Positions 59,631-64,000 of a DNA stretch of 64,000 nt are shown here, piece after piece; position 1 is the first letter of the stretch, and each line of letters begins with the position of its first letter. The stretch is from Halarcobacter sp. (GTDB lineage Bacteria > Campylobacterota > Campylobacteria > Campylobacterales > Arcobacteraceae), in the NCBI RefSeq assembly GCF_963676935.1, contig NZ_OY781470.1:1210680-1274679 (forward strand), written 5' to 3'. Below the pieces are notes generated by a model that saw only the letters and a program-made list of their open reading frames with translations, did not search any database and was not told the origin of the DNA. The translations under genes and the position numbers were made by a program.

Positions 59631-60255
59631 TACTACTAGAGGCATGACCCGACATATGGCTCAAGATAAACAGCCAACAGTTTTGAGTGATATCTATAAG
59701 GCAGAGATTAATATAGCTATTTGGCGACGTGAAAAACAATTTTCGGTGAAAGAATTTTTAGCATTGAATTCTACATTTCAAAAGGAGATGACTTTAACAC
59801 CACAAGATGCACTTTCTCGTATTAGTGAATCTTTTGATAACAATATGACCGAAGTTAGTGAAGATATTGCTGAGCTTGTGGATATGTTTTGTTATTTGTT
59901 TGAACTTAAAGAAGCAGGCATGCGTTTGAAAGTTTTAGATCGAGCGATGTGCCCTAAATTTCATGTGGACAAAGTGCCTTGTCGTCTTGTGACGACCTAT
60001 CAAGGTATGGCTACAGAATGGCTACCACACGAGGTGGTTAATCAAACAAAACTGGGGTGGGGTTGTAACGGCTTGCCTGACAGTGAATCTGGACTTTATC
60101 AAAGTGAAAGTGATATCCAACAACTAGATTGTGGCGATGTTGCATTGCTCAAAGGTACGCTTTGGAAAGGTAACGAAAGTGCTGGCTTAGTCCACCGTTC
60201 ACCAGAATTGATAAAAAATGAAAAGCGTTTGGTATTAACTTTAGATATTATGTAG
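59617..60255 (+). CDS. DUF1826-family protein
   Basis: MCPKFHVDKVPCRLVTTY.G..TEWL, GDVALLKG..W, GLVHRSP, RLVLTLD; start uncertain; visibly GC-richer than flanks. Confidence 0.85.
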   Translation: MVNINTTRGMTRHMAQDKQPTVLSDIYKAEINIAIWRREKQFSVKEFLALNSTFQKEMTLTPQDALSRISESFDNNMTEVSEDIAELVDMFCYLFELKEAGMRLKVLDRAMCPKFHVDKVPCRLVTTYQGMATEWLPHEVVNQTKLGWGCNGLPDSESGLYQSESDIQQLDCGDVALLKGTLWKGNESAGLVHRSPELIKNEKRLVLTLDIM

Positions 60256-60414
60256 TTAAATGTTATGTCACAATCTTCACAATTTTAGAATAAGATTAGA
60301 AAATCTCACATTTTGACTTTATAAGCTTTAAATCAAATATTTGATTCATTGTTCAATCTTTTAGAATTATAAATTCTATCAGATTGATACAAGGTTTTTA
60401 ACACTACCACATTA

Positions 60415-60927
60415 CTATTCTTGAATAGTCCAGATTAATTTATCTGTATCGAAATCAAGATTTTTTAGTTTCTCTAAAATATCATCTTGAATATTTTTTG
60501 GAAGTTTTTTTGTTCGTGAAAGTATCCATAAATACTCTTTTGTAGGTTCACTAACAACTGCATAAGAGTAATCATCGGCTAGCATAATAACCCAATAGTC
60601 TCCATAAAAAGGCCAAAAGAAAGTAACCTTTAGTTTTGAGTTTTTATTATCAACTTTTTTTGCTTCACCAATTGCTTCTTTTTTCTCATTTGTAGTTATA
60701 TCTTCACATCTATTTATAACTTTTATATTTTTATTCTTTTTTATAGAGTATGTAGCACTTACATTTTTACAGTTTTTTTCAAAGAAGTGTTCATATCTAG
60801 CTATCTCATACCATTTTCCCGTGTATTGTTGCAAGTCTAAGTTATCAACACTTTGTATTCTAGGGTCTTTATTTGCACACCCTGTTAGAAAGAGTAATAT
60901 AAATATTGAAGAGATAATATATTTCAT
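60415..60927 (-). CDS. blc: Outer-membrane lipoprotein lipocalin
   Basis: Lipobox LTGC, YTGKWYEIAR, FFWPFYGDYW, YLWILSR. Confidence 0.92.
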   Translation of the reverse strand: MKYIISSIFILLFLTGCANKDPRIQSVDNLDLQQYTGKWYEIARYEHFFEKNCKNVSATYSIKKNKNIKVINRCEDITTNEKKEAIGEAKKVDNKNSKLKVTFFWPFYGDYWVIMLADDYSYAVVSEPTKEYLWILSRTKKLPKNIQDDILEKLKNLDFDTDKLIWTIQE

Positions 60928-60990
60928 TTTTTTCCTTTTTATTTCATTTTATACTATTTTTAAGATTTTTAGTATAATTTTGATGTCTTT

Positions 60991-61719
60991 TTATAAAAAT
61001 TCTGTCATATATGTTCTATATATAAAGGGTACAAAATTTTGTTGACATTTTTTATTTTTCCTTGATTCTATTGTAATTGCATTAAAAAATCTATTCCATA
61101 GTTTTGTAAACTTTTCTTCATTTTCTGATAGGTTAGGTTGTTTGAAATCTATAACTTTTTCTATAGAAGTTTTTTGTCCTACTTTGACAAATGCCAATTC
61201 TCTTTTTAAATCATGGATTATAAAGTTTTGATTGTTTAATCTTCTAAAAAAGTGTTTGCCAAGAAAATAAACCATGTTGTATTTTGTATCAATTTTTGAG
61301 TATAAAGTATTATCTTCTAACTCTTCAAATCTAGTAAAACCATACATTTTATGAATACTTCTAAAAAGCTCTTTTTCTAAATTTTGTAAAAAGAAAACTT
61401 CACTATTGTTTATATTAAAAAGTTCATTTTTATCTTTGAACCCAACTATTATATATTTTAATAATTCTACTTCAAACTCTTTTGTATCACACATAAATAT
61501 ATTTAAGATAAGTTCAAAATTTTTTTTATCAAAATTAGTTTTTATAGCATCTAATACTTTTGTTGCTTTTTGTATATCAACTTCAATCGTAATTATCTCA
61601 TCCATTAATAGTATTTGTGGTATCTGTTTTAAAATCTTTTCAGGGTTTAACTTTTTATAATAAACTTCATAAACAAGAGTTAAAAACCCTTCAAAACTCC
61701 CATTATAAACTAAGATCAT
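60991..61719 (-). CDS. DUF4130 / putative DNA-metabolism protein
   Basis: YNGSFEGFLT.VY, F.RFEEL, HF..R......FII.D, W..FF....IESR.N. Confidence 0.85.
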   Translation of the reverse strand: MILVYNGSFEGFLTLVYEVYYKKLNPEKILKQIPQILLMDEIITIEVDIQKATKVLDAIKTNFDKKNFELILNIFMCDTKEFEVELLKYIIVGFKDKNELFNINNSEVFFLQNLEKELFRSIHKMYGFTRFEELEDNTLYSKIDTKYNMVYFLGKHFFRRLNNQNFIIHDLKRELAFVKVGQKTSIEKVIDFKQPNLSENEEKFTKLWNRFFNAITIESRKNKKCQQNFVPFIYRTYMTEFL

Positions 61720-62960
61720 AATTCACCTGTTATAGAAGAATATTGCAAATCAAAAAGTGAAGGTTGATTTACTTTTGTGTTGATTTTAGATGTTAGAAGA
61801 GCTGTTTTAATTCTATCCTGCTCTAAAGGAGTATCTTTTTGGTACTTTCCTTTGCAAGTGATAAAATATTTTGCTCTTTTAAGTGATATTTTTAATTTTT
61901 TTAAATCATCAAAATCTAAAGATTTAAATCTTCTTGCTTTAAGTATTTTAAATACTCCCCTTACTCCAATACCTGGAATTCTAAGGAGTTCATCTTTTGA
62001 AGCTTTGTTAATCTCCATAGGAAAAAATTGTAAATTATTTAATGCCCAAAATGTTTTTGGATCAACATCTTCATCAAGATTTGGATTTCTATCATCTACA
62101 ATTTCATCCCAAGAAAAATCATAAAATCTTAAAAGCCAATCAGCTTGATAAAGTCTATGTTCACGAAGTAAAGGAGGTTTTGTAACAATCGCAGGTAGAT
62201 TTTTATCATCATTTACCGGAATATAAGCACTATAGTAAACCCTTTTTAAAAGAGCTTTATCATATAAAACAGAACTTAGTTTTAAAATATCTTTATCACT
62301 TTCAGGTGTTGCTCCAACTATTAGTTGTGTACTCATGCCTATTGGTTTTGTATCTTTTTCAAGGCTTATATCTCTTGCATATTTTAAAGGTTGAAGTACA
62401 CTCTCTTTTGTTTTATTTGGAGCTAAAAGTTTTAAGGATTTGTCACTAGGAAGTTCAATGTTTGAGCTAACTCTATTGGCTAAAGCAACTATTTGTTCAA
62501 TAATTTTTTCATCAGTCCCTGGTATTAGTTTTACATGAATATATCCATTAAAATGGTATTCATATCTTAGTATTTTTAAAGCCCTTAATATTAGATTTGA
62601 AGTATGGTCTTCACTATCAATAATTCCACTACTTAAAAACAATCCTTCTATATAATTTCTTTTATAAAAGTTTATAGTAATATCGGCAAGTTCTCTTGGG
62701 GCAAAAGCAGCTCTTTTTATCTCATTTGATTTTCTATTTATACAGTATACACAATCATAAATGCAATGGTTTGTTAAAAGTACTTTGAGTAAAGAAACAC
62801 ATCTACCATCAGCTGTAAAAGTGTGGCAAATACCACTTTTATGAGTTGCACCAATTTGTCCAGTTTTATAGTTGTTGTCACTTCCACTAGAACTACATGA
62901 TACATCATATTTAGCACTATCTGCTAAGATTTCCATTTTCTCAAAAATATCTTTTTTCAT
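61716..62960 (-). CDS. Putative DNA modification/repair radical SAM protein with C-terminal HhH
   Basis: AKYDVSCSSSG, CIYDCVYC (CxxxCxxC), REHRLYQADWLLRFY, LLRIPGIG. Confidence 0.92.
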   Translation of the reverse strand: MKKDIFEKMEILADSAKYDVSCSSSGSDNNYKTGQIGATHKSGICHTFTADGRCVSLLKVLLTNHCIYDCVYCINRKSNEIKRAAFAPRELADITINFYKRNYIEGLFLSSGIIDSEDHTSNLILRALKILRYEYHFNGYIHVKLIPGTDEKIIEQIVALANRVSSNIELPSDKSLKLLAPNKTKESVLQPLKYARDISLEKDTKPIGMSTQLIVGATPESDKDILKLSSVLYDKALLKRVYYSAYIPVNDDKNLPAIVTKPPLLREHRLYQADWLLRFYDFSWDEIVDDRNPNLDEDVDPKTFWALNNLQFFPMEINKASKDELLRIPGIGVRGVFKILKARRFKSLDFDDLKKLKISLKRAKYFITCKGKYQKDTPLEQDRIKTALLTSKINTKVNQPSLFDLQYSSITGEL

Positions 62961-63068
62961 ACAGATATTTTAACTTTTTATTTTTAGTATTTTAGTTTTT
63001 ATTGCAGTTTGCAATATTATAATCATAAGTTAGTTTGTAGTATCCAAAAGAGATTTTAGAAACTAGTT

Positions 63069-63272
63069 TTAGAAAGTAAAAAAGTAAATCTTTTGGTTTT
63101 TGATACGAGATATGTTTAAACTCTTTATTTGTGTTGTATTTATATTGATAATAGGTGAATAAAAAAATGAATATTTGTTTTTACTAGTGATTGCAAAACT
63201 TACTGTTTCACCTTTAGCACATGCTTTTGTTACCTCTTTGATATCATAAAGAGTTTTATTTTTATTATTCAT
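63069..63272 (-). CDS. Small hypothetical protein
   Basis: 67 aa ORF overlapping the uvsE stop; function unknown. Confidence 0.5.
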   Translation of the reverse strand: MNNKNKTLYDIKEVTKACAKGETVSFAITSKNKYSFFYSPIININTTQIKSLNISRIKNQKIYFFTF

Positions 63273-64000
63273 TGTTTTCTAAAATCTCTTTTCTTAAGTT
63301 TTTTATAGCAAACTCTTTATTCTTTGCTTCAACCATAATATCAATCTCTTTAGTAGCCTCTTTGAACATATTTTTTAATTCAATAAAATCTTTTAAAAAA
63401 ATTTCATCTCCATGCTTCCCAAATCTTCCTTCCCCTTTAGACGATAAATGTACTTTAGGTCTTTTATTTCCCCAAGTTTTTAATATATCTTTTGCTTCAA
63501 ATTCACTAGGATTCAAAGTATGATGATATATATCAAATACCATAGGAATAGAGCAAAAGTTACAGATATTTAATATCTCATTTGCTGTATATACTTTCTC
63601 ATCATTTTCTAAAGCTAATCGTTTTTTTAGCCATGGGTTTTCTTCAATTGTTTTAATCAATCTCTCTATGGCTGAAGTTTTATCTCCATATGCTCCACCA
63701 CCATGGATTAAAACTGTTCCTTCATTATTTATACCAAGTTGGTCAAAAAGCCAAAAAACTCTTTCCAACTCCCTTAAAGAGTTTTTTACAACCATATCAT
63801 TTGTAGAGTTTAAAACTGTATATTGTCCGGGATGTATAGTTATTCTAGTGTTATACTTAGATATTTTCTCTTTTGTATCTTTTAAAATAGGTTTAATCTT
63901 TTCCAACCATGAATCTTCAAAGAGATTATGGGATAAAAAAGGGATAAAACTATTACCTAATCTAAACACTTTAAAATCTTTATCTTCACAATAATCTAAT
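63265..64000 (-). CDS. uvsE: UV DNA damage endonuclease, 5' end outside the window
   Basis: FRL, HPGQYTVLNS, IHGGG, LENDE, FDIYHH, PKVHLS, EAKNKE; frame is open to the right edge. Confidence 0.9.
   Translation of the reverse strand, partial: LDYCEDKDFKVFRLGNSFIPFLSHNLFEDSWLEKIKPILKDTKEKISKYNTRITIHPGQYTVLNSTNDMVVKNSLRELERVFWLFDQLGINNEGTVLIHGGGAYGDKTSAIERLIKTIEENPWLKKRLALENDEKVYTANEILNICNFCSIPMVFDIYHHTLNPSEFEAKDILKTWGNKRPKVHLSSKGEGRFGKHGDEIFLKDFIELKNMFKEATKEIDIMVEAKNKEFAIKNLRKEILENNE

Noticed and set aside
60256-60270. GTTATGT core-like heptamer after the DUF1826 gene
   Set aside because: No upstream RYYYAAC or palindrome; likely chance in AT-rich DNA.
6217-63994. Numerous antisense or overlapping ORFs in the track (e.g. 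6217-6429, 10458-10643, 15909-16145, 21238-21807, 26953-27501, 29805-30245, 30558-31007, 61777-62124, 63668-63994)
   Set aside because: They shadow well-supported genes, have low-complexity F/S/L-rich translations typical of reverse frames in AT-rich DNA, and lack RBSs.
1-64000. Integron integrase or any tyrosine recombinase; tRNA, rRNA or CRISPR array
   Set aside because: No ORF with RHRY-type motifs, no cloverleaf or rRNA-like GC-rich block, and no regularly spaced direct repeats seen by eye.

Overview
A very AT-rich chromosomal window, most likely from an Arcobacteraceae (Campylobacterota) genome; this is inferred from composition and gene content. It is mostly housekeeping and accessory metabolism: a W/Mo cofactor and formate-dehydrogenase maturation cluster (fdhD end, ModE-like regulator, moeA, tupABC), chemoreceptors, mutS2, dapE, ribB with an FMN riboswitch, an HxlR-linked quinone/nitroreductase operon, thiI, a ZorA/ZorB-like MotA/OmpA pair, a locus with Zur-like boxes, and a radical-SAM/DUF4130/UvsE cluster. 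The standout region is 14.8-19.45 kb: a minus-strand integron gene-cassette array with four attC sites, a fifth core site and no integrase in the window (CALIN-like). It carries (i) a two-gene cassette pairing a TcpB/BtpA-like coiled-coil TIR protein with a small protein bearing a RHIM-like amyloid motif, (ii) a translationally coupled ABC-ATPase + TOPRIM-like (DUF4276-type) cassette, (iii) an orphan ORF and (iv) a GNAT. The array ends at a decayed IS256-like end. Also notable are a probable leader-peptide translational attenuator upstream of an ABC-F gene and several small pseudogenes missed by the ORF track. All family assignments come from motifs recognised by eye; no database searches were run.
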